The notes under the pieces were generated by a model that ran no database searches, had not been told where the DNA came from, and saw only the letters and a list, made by a program, of their open reading frames with translations. This document shows positions 20,696 through 30,053 of a DNA stretch of 64,000 nucleotides, in pieces. The position numbers were made by a program, and so were the translations under genes. Positions within the stretch are counted from its first letter, which is position 1; each line of letters begins with the position of its first letter. The DNA comes from Candidatus Binatia bacterium (lineage in GTDB: Bacteria; Desulfobacterota; Binatia; UBA9968; CAXXLF01): positions 480,001-544,000 of the forward strand of contig CAXXLF010000001.1 in the NCBI GenBank assembly GCA_963664015.2. The letters run 5' to 3'.

Positions 20696-20740
20696 AGCCC
20701 CCAGGGGCGTCAGCCCGCGGCAGCCTCCATCTCAATTGCG

Positions 20741-20837
20741 GAATCCGCCGAAGCATTCATCCATAGGCATATGCAACCTTCGTCGCCATAGGCTACTACG
20801 GTGGAGCAATCCATCTAATTTCTTCTGCGAAGGCGGA
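20741..20837. repeat. MITE/REP-like intergenic element, copy 2
   Basis: Same three conserved blocks as 13225-13320; lies between convergent genes. Confidence 0.75.
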
Positions 20838-20857
20838 TAAGACGGCCCGGTAACGGA

Positions 20858-21547
20858 CTAGACCATTTCCACGACCATCGGCTGCCTGGTTTTGAAGGCG
20901 TAGAGGGAGGCCGGCCGGTGGGCTCCGCGCCGGACTTTCTTTAACGGAGTCAGCAGGCCGAGGGTTAGAATTTTCTTCCTGAAGTTACGTCGGTCTAAGG
21001 TGCGCTGCAAGATAGTTTCATAGACTTCCTGGAGTTCTCCCAGGGTAAACTCCAGCGGCAGCAAACTGAACGCCACATTGGTGTACTGAAGCTTGGCGTG
21101 CAATCGCTGGAGGGCCAGACGCGCTACTTGATTGTGGTCGTAGGCTAGGGAGCGGAGGCCAGCAATCGGACACCATCGAATTCCGGCGTACTTATCCGCC
21201 CTTAAGACCTTGATCTTTCGATCGGGTACCAACGCCAGATACGAAACCGAAACCACGCGTAGCGCAGGATCCCGCTCCGGCCGGCCGAAGGTGTAGAGTT
21301 GTTCCAGGTAGGCGTTTTTCAGGCCAGTCCTCTCCCGCAGCTCACGCTTGGCCGCATCATCGAGCGACTCGCCACGGTTGACGAGGCCTCCAGGAAAGGC
21401 CCACATTCCAGCGAAAGGCCCCTCCTTGACTTGGACAAGCAGCGCCTGCAGCCTTTTCTGATCCAGAGTAAAGACCACAAGGTCCACCGCTACCAGCGGC
21501 GGTCCTTGGCCTTCGGACGAGTGTTGGTAGAACCTCCTGGGACGCAT
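20858..21547 (-). CDS. NrtR-family Nudix hydrolase / winged-helix regulator
   Basis: WAFPGG..GESLDDAAKREL.E.TG, LEQLYTFG..RDP, LAYDH, FTLGELQ, DRRNFRKK. Confidence 0.9.
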   Translation of the reverse strand: MRPRRFYQHSSEGQGPPLVAVDLVVFTLDQKRLQALLVQVKEGPFAGMWAFPGGLVNRGESLDDAAKRELRERTGLKNAYLEQLYTFGRPERDPALRVVSVSYLALVPDRKIKVLRADKYAGIRWCPIAGLRSLAYDHNQVARLALQRLHAKLQYTNVAFSLLPLEFTLGELQEVYETILQRTLDRRNFRKKILTLGLLTPLKKVRRGAHRPASLYAFKTRQPMVVEMV

Positions 21548-21826
21548 GGGTAAAATGAAGCCTCTAGGCGATCACGCCTGTGGTATGTTTCTCACTTCAG
21601 CACAATCCACGGTCGCACCGTAACGTTTGGACTGTCCCGTTTCTCTATACCAAGTTGCTTGGCCGATCAACTCCAGTTCTAGTGCGTTCGTGCCAAGACC
21701 AACATCTCCTCGGGGAGCAAGTCTCCAGCCTCCCACTCAGTACTCACAACTCAGCGCTAGGGATTTTCAGGACCTGGACAACCACTGTCATTGACGCTCG
21801 GCAAAGTTTCCCGTAAATTGATCACC

Positions 21827-22399
21827 ATGATTGTTGGATTGGATATTGACGGCGTCCTCGCCGACTTCCTGGCGCCCTTTCTCCAGCTCCTGGAAAATAG
21901 AACTGGCCATGCTCCGATACTGGAGGAGTCGATCACCGATTTCACCTTTTCCGAACACCCCCTGCTTTCGGAAGAAATCGTAATGAATTGTTTAGAAGAG
22001 GTTTCCTACGATCCCGATTTCTGGCAGAAACTATCCCCACTCATAACTCCCGGTGAGTGGCAGCGATTGGACGAATTGAGTCGCGAAGAACGTCTTTTCT
22101 TTGTTACCCACCGTTATGTCCGCGAGACCTATGATAGCCACGAGATCACGTGCAACTGGCTAAAAATGCACGGAATCAGCCGGCCAGTCGTTCATTTCAC
22201 CAAAGAGAGCAAGGCCCCGCTGGTCCAAAACCTGGGCATCCAGTTTTTTATGGATGATCGGTGGGAAAACTGCCGCGACGTAGCTGAGAACACCAACGCG
22301 GTGGTATTGATGCCGCACCGCCCCTATAACCGGTCATTTCAACACCCCTCCATAAAAAGGGTGCAGGAATTCGGTGAGCTGTTCACCCACCTCCCGTGA
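21827..22399 (+). CDS. HAD-superfamily 5'(3')-nucleotidase (NT5C-like)
   Basis: GLDIDGVLAD, FVTHR, FMDD, PYN. Confidence 0.8.
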   Translation: MIVGLDIDGVLADFLAPFLQLLENRTGHAPILEESITDFTFSEHPLLSEEIVMNCLEEVSYDPDFWQKLSPLITPGEWQRLDELSREERLFFVTHRYVRETYDSHEITCNWLKMHGISRPVVHFTKESKAPLVQNLGIQFFMDDRWENCRDVAENTNAVVLMPHRPYNRSFQHPSIKRVQEFGELFTHLP

Positions 22400-22455
22400 A
22401 AGAAAAAGGTTTAGCAACCTGCAAGATCAGGCATTAACTGCAGTCGAATGGAGAC

Positions 22456-22722
22456 TCAACCTTGCTCTGAAGCCCCCAGGCGTTCCCACTCCTGAGGTGT
22501 CATGGTCTTCAAGGCCAGCGCGTGAATACGTTCGGTTCCCATGGCTTCCTTGAGGGCCGCGTAGACCATCTGATGCTGCTCCACCAGGCTCTTGTCCTCG
22601 AAGGCGGAAGAAATGACCAGGACCTGAAAATGATCCCCTCCCCCAGTCAAGTCCTGAATATTCACGGTGCAACCCGTTAGGGCCTGCTGCAAGGTCGATT
22701 CGATTTCCACTGGGTTCATCAT
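22456..22722 (-). CDS. BolA family protein
   Basis: GGGDHF, FEDKSLVEQHQMVY, IHALALKT. Confidence 0.93.
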   Translation of the reverse strand: MMNPVEIESTLQQALTGCTVNIQDLTGGGDHFQVLVISSAFEDKSLVEQHQMVYAALKEAMGTERIHALALKTMTPQEWERLGASEQG

Positions 22723-22946
22723 ACGAAAAAGTATAGCATATTAGCAGCAAAAGACCACCCCTGTTAAAGCTGAGAAACTGGCTTACAGGAAGACCATTAT
22801 CTGGTATATAGACGGCAGCGGGGCTCTACTGGGCCGACAGAGCCCCCCCTGACAGTGGAGATGCTGCCAAGTTTAGGCAAAAAGGGTCCACCCAAAGTCG
22901 GTCTTTGTCGGGACTGTTCTCTCCGGGTGATCACGCAAATTTTCCG

Positions 22947-24257
22947 ATGGAATTATACAACCTTGTCAGTCTAGCCGGGATCTTTATCCTTATAGGATTT
23001 GCCTGGCTATGCTCATGCGACCGAAGGATTCTGAACTGGCGCCTCATCGCTTGGGGAATCGGATTACAGTTACTGTTTGCTCTCTTTGTTTTCCAGGTTC
23101 CCGCCGGGGCAAGCATTTTTCTATTTATTAACGACGTGGTGGTCAAGATCCTTAATAGCGCAGCCGCTGGGACCCAATTCCTATTTGGTCGTTTGGCCCT
23201 CCCCCCCGACGCAACCAGCGAGTCGGGAGAAACCTCGCTGGGATTTATCCTGGCATTTCAAGCATTACCCACCGTGATCTTCTTTGCCGCTCTGGTAGGC
23301 GCCCTTCATTATTTACGGGTGATCCCCTGGCTCATACGTGGATTTGCCCATATTTTCACTCGGCTGATGAGATTAAGCGGGGCCGAGGCACTATGTGTCT
23401 CGAGTAATATCTTTGTCGGAATCGAGTCGGCCCTGACCATTCGGCCCCATTTAAATGAGATGACCCGATCCGAGTTGTGCACCATCCTTGCTGCTGGTAT
23501 GGGGACCATTGCTTCCAGCATGCTGGCCCTCTATGTCTTCGTCTTGCGGGCAGAGTTTCCCACGATTGCCGGCCATTTGATCTCGGCGTCTATCCTATCT
23601 GCCCCGGCGGCGGTCGTTATGGCAAAGATTCTCTTGCCAGAAGCCGCCACCCCCACCACATTAGGAATCAAGATCGAACCGCACTACGAGCGGGAGAACA
23701 ACCTGATGGAAGCCATCATAAACGGAGCCAACAGCGGGCTTCGTCTACTAGTGGGCATTGGTGCCCTCTTGCTGGCGTTTCTCGGCCTTACCGCGATGAT
23801 TGATTTATTTCTGGGATGGGGGGGCAGTTGGCTCAATTCCGGGTTGGGTTGGAATATTGATTTTTCATTGCGCGGACTTTTGGGCTACCTGTTTTATCCC
23901 TTCACTTTGATCATCGGAGTTCCGCCCTCCGACGCGGTTGCTATCGCAAAGATCATTGGAGAGCGAACCGTAGCCACTGAGGTTCAATCGTATCAGGATT
24001 TGGCCAAGTTATTGGCTCAGGATGTTTTGAAGCACCCGCGTTCAGCAGTGATTACGGCCTACGCCCTGTGTGGATTCGCACATGTCGCTTCGTTAGCGAT
24101 ATTCGTGGGTGGCATTGCTGCCCTCGCCCCAAAACGGACGAAAGATCTTTCCGAACTAGGATTCCGAGCCCTATTGGCAGCAACTCTGGGATGTCTAATG
24201 ACAGCAGCGGTGGCCGGAACTTTCTTCAACGAAGGTTCCATCCTCATTGGGAACTAG
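22947..24257 (+). CDS. Concentrative nucleoside transporter (CNT/NupC family)
   Basis: AFQALPTVIFF, LSGAEAL, NIFVG, AGHLISAS, YALCGFAH. Confidence 0.9.
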   Translation: MELYNLVSLAGIFILIGFAWLCSCDRRILNWRLIAWGIGLQLLFALFVFQVPAGASIFLFINDVVVKILNSAAAGTQFLFGRLALPPDATSESGETSLGFILAFQALPTVIFFAALVGALHYLRVIPWLIRGFAHIFTRLMRLSGAEALCVSSNIFVGIESALTIRPHLNEMTRSELCTILAAGMGTIASSMLALYVFVLRAEFPTIAGHLISASILSAPAAVVMAKILLPEAATPTTLGIKIEPHYERENNLMEAIINGANSGLRLLVGIGALLLAFLGLTAMIDLFLGWGGSWLNSGLGWNIDFSLRGLLGYLFYPFTLIIGVPPSDAVAIAKIIGERTVATEVQSYQDLAKLLAQDVLKHPRSAVITAYALCGFAHVASLAIFVGGIAALAPKRTKDLSELGFRALLAATLGCLMTAAVAGTFFNEGSILIGN

Positions 24258-24264
24258 GCGGCCA

Positions 24265-25017
24265 TCACAACATCAAAGAACCTCCATCAACAAGCAGCGC
24301 CTGACCTGTAATGTATGAGGCAGCGTCGGTGGCCAGGAAGGTTGCAACACGGGCGATATCTTCGGTATTGGCAATCCGACCCAGCGGGATATGTTCACCC
24401 ATGGCATATAGCTCTTCTTCCGAGCGGCGACCTCTAGGCAGCGCCGTATCCGCTATGCCTGGGCAGATGGAATTGACGGTAATGCCGTCGGGGCCCAGTT
24501 CACGGGCCAGTGACTTTACAAAGCCTACGATCCCGGCCTTGGAGGCGGCATAGTGGGAGCCTGCGATAGCCCCTCGGTACGCTATCCCGGAGGCAATGCT
24601 GATAATTCGGCCAACCTTTTGAGAGCGGATCTGGGGCACAAAGGCCCTTGAGCAGAGGAAGTTCCCCCCCAGATTCGTATCCAGAACCCGATCCCATTCT
24701 TCCTCGGCCATTTGCAACGTTATCGAATGTGGAAAGATCCCCGCATTGTTGACCAGGATATCTACCCGACCAAACCGATTGAGAGTCTGATCCTTCAAAT
24801 TCAGCACCGAGGCTTCGTCGGACACGTTGGCTCGTACGGCGAGCACCTCAGCGCCGACGGCCAGAACCTCGCCTTCCACTCCTTTGGCACCGTCCTCTTT
24901 GACATCCGCAATCACGAGTCGAGCCCCCTCTCGGGCGAAACTCAGCGCGATGGATCGCCCAAATCCCTGAGCAGCGCCGGTTACAACTGCGACTTTATCC
25001 TTGAGCCTCACGATCAT
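24265..25017 (-). CDS. SDR oxidoreductase (FabG-like)
   Basis: TGAAQGFG, NNAG, YAASK. Confidence 0.9.
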   Translation of the reverse strand: MIVRLKDKVAVVTGAAQGFGRSIALSFAREGARLVIADVKEDGAKGVEGEVLAVGAEVLAVRANVSDEASVLNLKDQTLNRFGRVDILVNNAGIFPHSITLQMAEEEWDRVLDTNLGGNFLCSRAFVPQIRSQKVGRIISIASGIAYRGAIAGSHYAASKAGIVGFVKSLARELGPDGITVNSICPGIADTALPRGRRSEEELYAMGEHIPLGRIANTEDIARVATFLATDAASYITGQALLVDGGSLML

Positions 25018-25761
25018 TACACCATCACCAGACCGCCATTGACGTGCAGTGTCTGTCCTGTCATGTACGCGCTCTCCGGTCCCACCAGAAAATAGACGCC
25101 CTCGGCGATATCCTCCGGTTTACCCGTACGCCCCAACGGGATCTCCCGTTGGGCCCTCTCGAGGCGCGCGTCCGGAGTGGATTTTGACATGACCCGAGGG
25201 GTGTCCGTCGGACCGGGAGCGATCACATTGATCAGAACACGGTGGGGTGCCAGCTCCAATGCCAACGACTTGCTGAATCCAATGATGGCGGCCTTTGCCG
25301 CGGCATAGGGAGTGCGCATAGCACTGCCCGTAACTCCATAGTTGGATGCTGTATTGACGATTCGACCTCTCCCTTGCCTGACCATAACCGCCGCAACCTC
25401 CCGACACACGAGAAAGGTGCCCTTGAGGTTGACATCCATCACCTCTTTCCACTCGTTCCAAGCCAACTCGTCGATTCGTTTATTGTAAAAGCTGCCTCCT
25501 GCAATGTTGGTGAGGATATCGATCCGTCCGTACCGCCTATCGATTTCATGTACGACCTTCTTGACCTCAGCTGCGTTCCTGACATCCACGCCACAGACCT
25601 CAGCAACACCACCTGAACGCTTTACTTCCTCACGCACACGCTCGGGCCCCTTTCACATCACTGTCCACAATGGCAAGGGATATCCCGGCCTGAGCGAATC
25701 GGAGACAGACCGAGCGGCCAATCCCGTTGCCCCCTCCGGTAATGATCGCGACCTCGTTCAA
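25017..25761 (-). pseudogene. SDR oxidoreductase with a +1 frameshift near 25645
   Basis: TTG start after AGGAG gives LNEVAIITGGGNGIG..VDSDVKGA; one extra C joins this to the ORF carrying NIAG and YAAAK. Confidence 0.8.
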
Positions 25762-25952
25762 TGTTCAAGCTCCTACAAGGAATAACTCTTCACGCGCTGA
25801 CATCCATCCAAGTAATCTTTTGTCCGATGCATAGCAAAGGTCCAATGTAAGTGTCAATGGTCCTAAATTTTCCATCGCAACAGGAACGTTCAGCTCTATG
25901 TTCATAAGTCTCAAGGCACATTCTCAATACCCTCTTGTGCAGACCCATGGAA

Positions 25953-26681
25953 TCAATTGGAGATCTTAAGCCAGTCTCGAGCATCGAACGATTTCCCCGT
26001 AACCCCTTGTGATTCATCGGACGCAAGATAGAGAAAGGCTCCTGTGATTTCCTCCGGTGTTGGCAGCGTGAGGGGATCTTCCTCGGGATAGGCCTCGGCA
26101 CGCATTTCTGTCCTCGTCGCCGCCGGGTTCACTGCATTGACACGGATATGATCTTCAGCAACCTCCGCTGCCAGAACCTGCGTGAAACCTTCCACGCCAA
26201 ATTTTGATGCCGCGTAGGCCCCCCACCTCGCCTTTCCTGTCCGTCCTACACCAGAGGAAACGTTGATGATGGAGCCCTTCTTTTGCTGGGTCATCATCCT
26301 CAAGGCCTCCTGCGTAACGACAAAGAGGGCCGTGAGGTTTACCTTGATGACCTGTTCCCAAGCGCGTAAGGGATAGCGGGCTATGGTTTCGCGAGGCCCG
26401 AGCAGACTCGCGTTATTGACCAGAATATCGATACCACCATAGATTTTATCCATCTGGCGCACAAGCGACTTGATCTCCTGCGCCTTGGCCAGATCCGCGG
26501 CGAACCAGCGGACGTCTCCTCCCGCCGCGCCGATGGCATCGGCCGTCGCCGTAAGGTCTGTCTGACCGCGGGCGGTAATAAATACCCTGGCGCCTTCGTG
26601 CGCGTAACTGCTGGCGATAGCACGCCCGATTCCACGACTCCCGCCGGTAATCAGGGCCACTTTACCGTTCAACCTTCCCAT
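25953..26681 (-). CDS. SDR oxidoreductase (YciK-like)
   Basis: TGGSRGIG, WGAYAASK, NPAATRTEMRAEAYPEEDP. Confidence 0.88.
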   Translation of the reverse strand: MGRLNGKVALITGGSRGIGRAIASSYAHEGARVFITARGQTDLTATADAIGAAGGDVRWFAADLAKAQEIKSLVRQMDKIYGGIDILVNNASLLGPRETIARYPLRAWEQVIKVNLTALFVVTQEALRMMTQQKKGSIINVSSGVGRTGKARWGAYAASKFGVEGFTQVLAAEVAEDHIRVNAVNPAATRTEMRAEAYPEEDPLTLPTPEEITGAFLYLASDESQGVTGKSFDARDWLKISN

Positions 26682-26819
26682 TCGGGTTCAGTCCCTTCTG
26701 TCAGCATGGGTTTGTTCTAGCACTGGTCTTCGCTTTTTGACAGAAGCCAAATCATGTGTCAATTTTAATGTGGCCCCACTCTTCCTTGCAACGGTTAAGA
26801 CGCAAGACTACCGAAACCA

Positions 26820-27752
26820 ATGCAACTCAAAAACTATCAGCGAATATTTATTTTCATCCTTGGGGTGCTTGTCCTGACCTGCTTGCTCAGTCCCTGGGCT
26901 GCTTGGACACTGGACCTTATGAGATCCTGGCGTCCCCAGTGGCAGGGTCTGGAACAACCCTTTGCCCGAATCTTCAACCGGACATTTATGGTATTGGGAA
27001 TCCTGTTGTTCTTCCCCTGTTTCGGATTTCTCAGAATCAGTTCGGCGAAAGATCTTGGACTGACTAATTTGCGACGTGGCTACGGCTACATCATACTCGG
27101 GGCCGGATTGGCTGTAATATCCTTTGTCATCATCGTCATCCTAATGGTAGCGGCGGATATATTCCAACCCGCATGGCGGGTCACGCTCGCCGTAGGACTC
27201 CAGCGCTCTTTCAAGGCCGTGATGACCGGGTTGACCGTCGGCTTGATTGAAGAGGTCTTCTTTCGCGGGATAATCTTTAAAGGATTACTCGACGAATGGA
27301 GACCCATGGGGGCCTATATTGTGGCCAACGCTTGGTATTCGGCAATCCACTTCATCAAACCGGCACAGAAGAGCTACGTGCAGGACTTTGACCCCTGGCT
27401 GGGATTTTACCATCTGGGCCATACCTTCGAACCGTTTACCGACCCTGTTGCCCTGCTCCCAGGGTTCTTTGGTCTCTTTCTACTGGGCGTCGTCCTGAGC
27501 TACGCCTTCGTGCGTACCGGCTCACTCTACCTTTCCATCGGATTACACATGGGATGGGTCCTGGCCATTAAGAGTATCAAGATCTATGGAGGTTATTCCA
27601 GCGCCGACCTGGGTTGGATCTTCGGCTCCGCGAATCCGAGGTTCGTGAGTGGAGTTGCAACCTGGGTGGGCTTCCTTGCGATTACCATGATCGTATATTG
27701 GCTTACACGCGAGGGCCAAAGAGGAGAATCTAAAATAGAAGATCGAGAATAG
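26820..27752 (+). CDS. CPBP/Abi-family intramembrane glutamic protease
   Basis: EEVFFRG, AIH, SIGLH motifs; multiple TM helices. Confidence 0.88.
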   Translation: MQLKNYQRIFIFILGVLVLTCLLSPWAAWTLDLMRSWRPQWQGLEQPFARIFNRTFMVLGILLFFPCFGFLRISSAKDLGLTNLRRGYGYIILGAGLAVISFVIIVILMVAADIFQPAWRVTLAVGLQRSFKAVMTGLTVGLIEEVFFRGIIFKGLLDEWRPMGAYIVANAWYSAIHFIKPAQKSYVQDFDPWLGFYHLGHTFEPFTDPVALLPGFFGLFLLGVVLSYAFVRTGSLYLSIGLHMGWVLAIKSIKIYGGYSSADLGWIFGSANPRFVSGVATWVGFLAITMIVYWLTREGQRGESKIEDRE

Positions 27753-27783
27753 AAAATAGCGTCGATCCTCCATGCACTATCCT

Positions 27784-28437
27784 CTATCCTCTAATTCTGA
27801 GATCCGCCGCCGCGAGCAACGGTTTGACCTGCTCTATAATACGCTCTCCCATAATCGCGTAACCGGCTCCGTTGGGGTGGATGGAATCGGAATTCAATCT
27901 GGGGTCCGAGAAAATTCCTTCGAGCAGGTTCGGGACGAGCAAGGCTCCAAATTCGTTGGCAATCTCCTGATAGAGGGGGCGGCACTTGTCCCCGAATAAC
28001 CCGAGCTTGAGACCCACAAGGACCACCATAGCTCCCTGATCCTGAATACGACGGATCATCTGTTGAAGAGCTTTTCGGGTTATATCGATGGGGACGCGAC
28101 GGAGAAAATAGTTTCCCCCAAATAACACGACAACTAAACGGGGATCCTTGGCGAGAACGTGCCTATCCAGCCGCGCAAGGCCCGCTGCCGCTGTATCCCC
28201 GCGATTCCCGGCGTTGATCACCGGCCTTTGGAGTGCCTCGCCCAAAAGAATGAGATAATCCTTACCGCCTCCAGCTCCCACACCCTCGGTCAGGCTGTCG
28301 CCAAAGCAAATGATGCTCTTCCCTACGGAGCCCAGGTTTCGGACAGCCGAAAAATACCCGACGACCGGCTGGCAAGAGCAAAGGAAAAGACACAAGATGA
28401 AACAAAAAAGCCTTTTTAAATGAGTGAGGTAAGACAT
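27784..28437 (-). CDS. SGNH/GDSL arylesterase (TesA-like) lipoprotein
   Basis: FGDSLT, NAGNRGDT, GGN, DSIHPN. Confidence 0.85.
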   Translation of the reverse strand: MSYLTHLKRLFCFILCLFLCSCQPVVGYFSAVRNLGSVGKSIICFGDSLTEGVGAGGGKDYLILLGEALQRPVINAGNRGDTAAAGLARLDRHVLAKDPRLVVVLFGGNYFLRRVPIDITRKALQQMIRRIQDQGAMVVLVGLKLGLFGDKCRPLYQEIANEFGALLVPNLLEGIFSDPRLNSDSIHPNGAGYAIMGERIIEQVKPLLAAADLRIRG

Positions 28438-28568
28438 CCTTTCTTAAGCATACCATAATGCTTCCATGGGCTACCATTCGATCCATTTTCCCTACACCCG
28501 ACACCCTACCCCCTACACCCAATTTTCCGACTCAATCCTATTATCGCTGAGAGCTGGCAGCTATGTTA

Positions 28569-28821
28569 GGCGACCGCTAAGAACTTCGTCGTGAGCTTAG
28601 CCGAACGGAACGGCGCCTAAACCCGAACACTCCTTAGGAAACGACTCAACGGCGACGGGGGAGGGCCCCGAAGAAAGGGAGACGTCCGATACGAATAGTT
28701 CCGTTACCAAGCAGCCCTACTGACCGAAGCAATCAAGACCTCAAGGCAACGGCCCATCGGCGACCGCAAAGGGCTTCGTCGTGAGCTCAGCCGAACGGGA
28801 CGGTCCCTAAGCCCGAACACT
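28569..28821. repeat. Two 63-bp direct repeats (28569-28631 and 28759-28821)
   Basis: 55/63 identical by manual alignment, period 190 bp; each forms a hairpin around a REP-like core. Confidence 0.85.
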
Positions 28822-29011
28822 TCTGGGATGACCATTCCTTCGGACGCAACTTCCAGAGTCACCCCCCGTCAAAGTCAGTAAATTTAAAATGGATAAGACT
28901 CTATAATTCTTCTTCTCTATACCCTGGTCTCAGTACCCTAACCCCTATCTTCCCACTGCATATAGAATGCGAGTTTTCTTAAGGATTTCAAATGCTTCCC
29001 CACTCACATCC

Positions 29012-29040
29012 TTGACAGCCAGGTGCGAGTAAGCTATGTT
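29012..29040 (+). promoter_or_regulatory. Sigma70 promoter of the SAM-riboswitch operon
   Basis: TTGACA-17nt-TATGTT. Confidence 0.7.
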
Positions 29041-29058
29041 AGCCGAGCTTAGCTTAGG

Positions 29059-29187
29059 ACCTTATCAAGAGTGGCAAAGGAGCTGGACGACTGAAGCCAC
29101 AGCAACCGGTTTCATCCATTAGATGGAAGTTTGGTGCTAATTTCTAACCCTGAAGGCCAGCATCAAGCCATGGGGGAAAGATAAGGT
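29059..29187 (+). ncRNA. SAM-I (S-box) riboswitch
   Basis: ACCTTATCAAGAG..TGAAGCC.CAGCAACC..GGTGCTAATT..GAAAGATAAGGT. Confidence 0.9.
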
Positions 29188-29197
29188 GCGGTAAAGA

Positions 29198-29226
29198 CCT
29201 CTTCTTATCAAGGAAGAGGGTTTTTT
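29198..29226 (+). terminator. Riboswitch-controlled intrinsic terminator
   Basis: CCTCTTC..GAAGAGG followed by a T-run; it contains CTTATC, which can alternatively pair with the P1 strand GATAAG (antiterminator). Confidence 0.85.
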
Positions 29227-29241
29227 GGAGTTATAGCGGCA

Positions 29242-30036
29242 ATGACCCTCCGGCTAACACCTGACCAAATCGAACGATACAGTCGCCAGATTATGATCCC
29301 CGACCTTGGCGGCAAGGGCCAGATACGGCTACGCGAGCGGCGGGTCCTGGTCGTTGGAGCCGGCGGGCTGGGCTCTCCCGCAGCCCTCTACCTGGCGGCG
29401 GCGGGGATTGGAACCTTAGGTATCGTGGATAGCGACCGTGTGGAACTCTCTAATTTACAACGGCAGATCCTCCACTCCACGACCGACTTGGGCCGCCGAA
29501 AAGTAGACTCGGCCAAAGACCGCTTGAACCAGCTCAATCCTGAAGTTGAGGTTGAGACCCATCCCGTACGTTTGAATCAGGATAACGCCTTTCAAATCAT
29601 GGAGGGGTACGACTTCGTGATCGACGGTAGTGACAACTTTGAAACCAAGTTTCTGGTCAACGACGTTGCCGTGACTCTCGGTAAGGCATTCTCTCACGCA
29701 GGAATCATACGATTTCAGGGTCAAACCATTACCGTGATCCCCCATCGAAGTGCCTGCTACCGGTGTATTTTCAAGGAACCACCGGCGCCGGGAGAAATCC
29801 AAAGCTGCCAGCAGGCCGGCATCCTTGGTGCTATCGGAGGCACCCTGGGATCTCTGCAGGCAACGGAAGCGATAAAATACTTCCTGGGCCTACAGGAGGA
29901 GCTGTTGATCAACCGCCTACTGACCTATGACGCAAAAGAAATGAAGTTTCGCACCCTGGAAATGCGACAGGATCCCCAGTGCAAGACCTGCGGTAATGCA
30001 GCAACGCTCGACACCCAAAACCCGGCGGCCTGCTAA
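29242..30036 (+). CDS. MoeB/ThiF-family adenylyltransferase (no rhodanese domain)
   Basis: RYSRQ, GAGGLG, SNLQRQ, DGSDNF, CYRC and CKTC. Confidence 0.92.
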   Translation: MTLRLTPDQIERYSRQIMIPDLGGKGQIRLRERRVLVVGAGGLGSPAALYLAAAGIGTLGIVDSDRVELSNLQRQILHSTTDLGRRKVDSAKDRLNQLNPEVEVETHPVRLNQDNAFQIMEGYDFVIDGSDNFETKFLVNDVAVTLGKAFSHAGIIRFQGQTITVIPHRSACYRCIFKEPPAPGEIQSCQQAGILGAIGGTLGSLQATEAIKYFLGLQEELLINRLLTYDAKEMKFRTLEMRQDPQCKTCGNAATLDTQNPAAC

Positions 30037-30053
30037 AAGAAGGGAAAGGATTC

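Noticed and set aside
26820-27752. CPBP/Abi protease as an anti-phage or bacteriocin-immunity system
   Set aside because: Housekeeping context, with no bacteriocin or defence genes nearby
28565-28622. Integron attC site (GTTAGGC and GCCTAA.C motifs)
   Set aside because: The core sites are in the wrong order for an attC, and there is no integrase or cassette array
28569-28821. CRISPR array
   Set aside because: Only two units, with 63-bp repeats and a 127-bp spacer, and no cas genes
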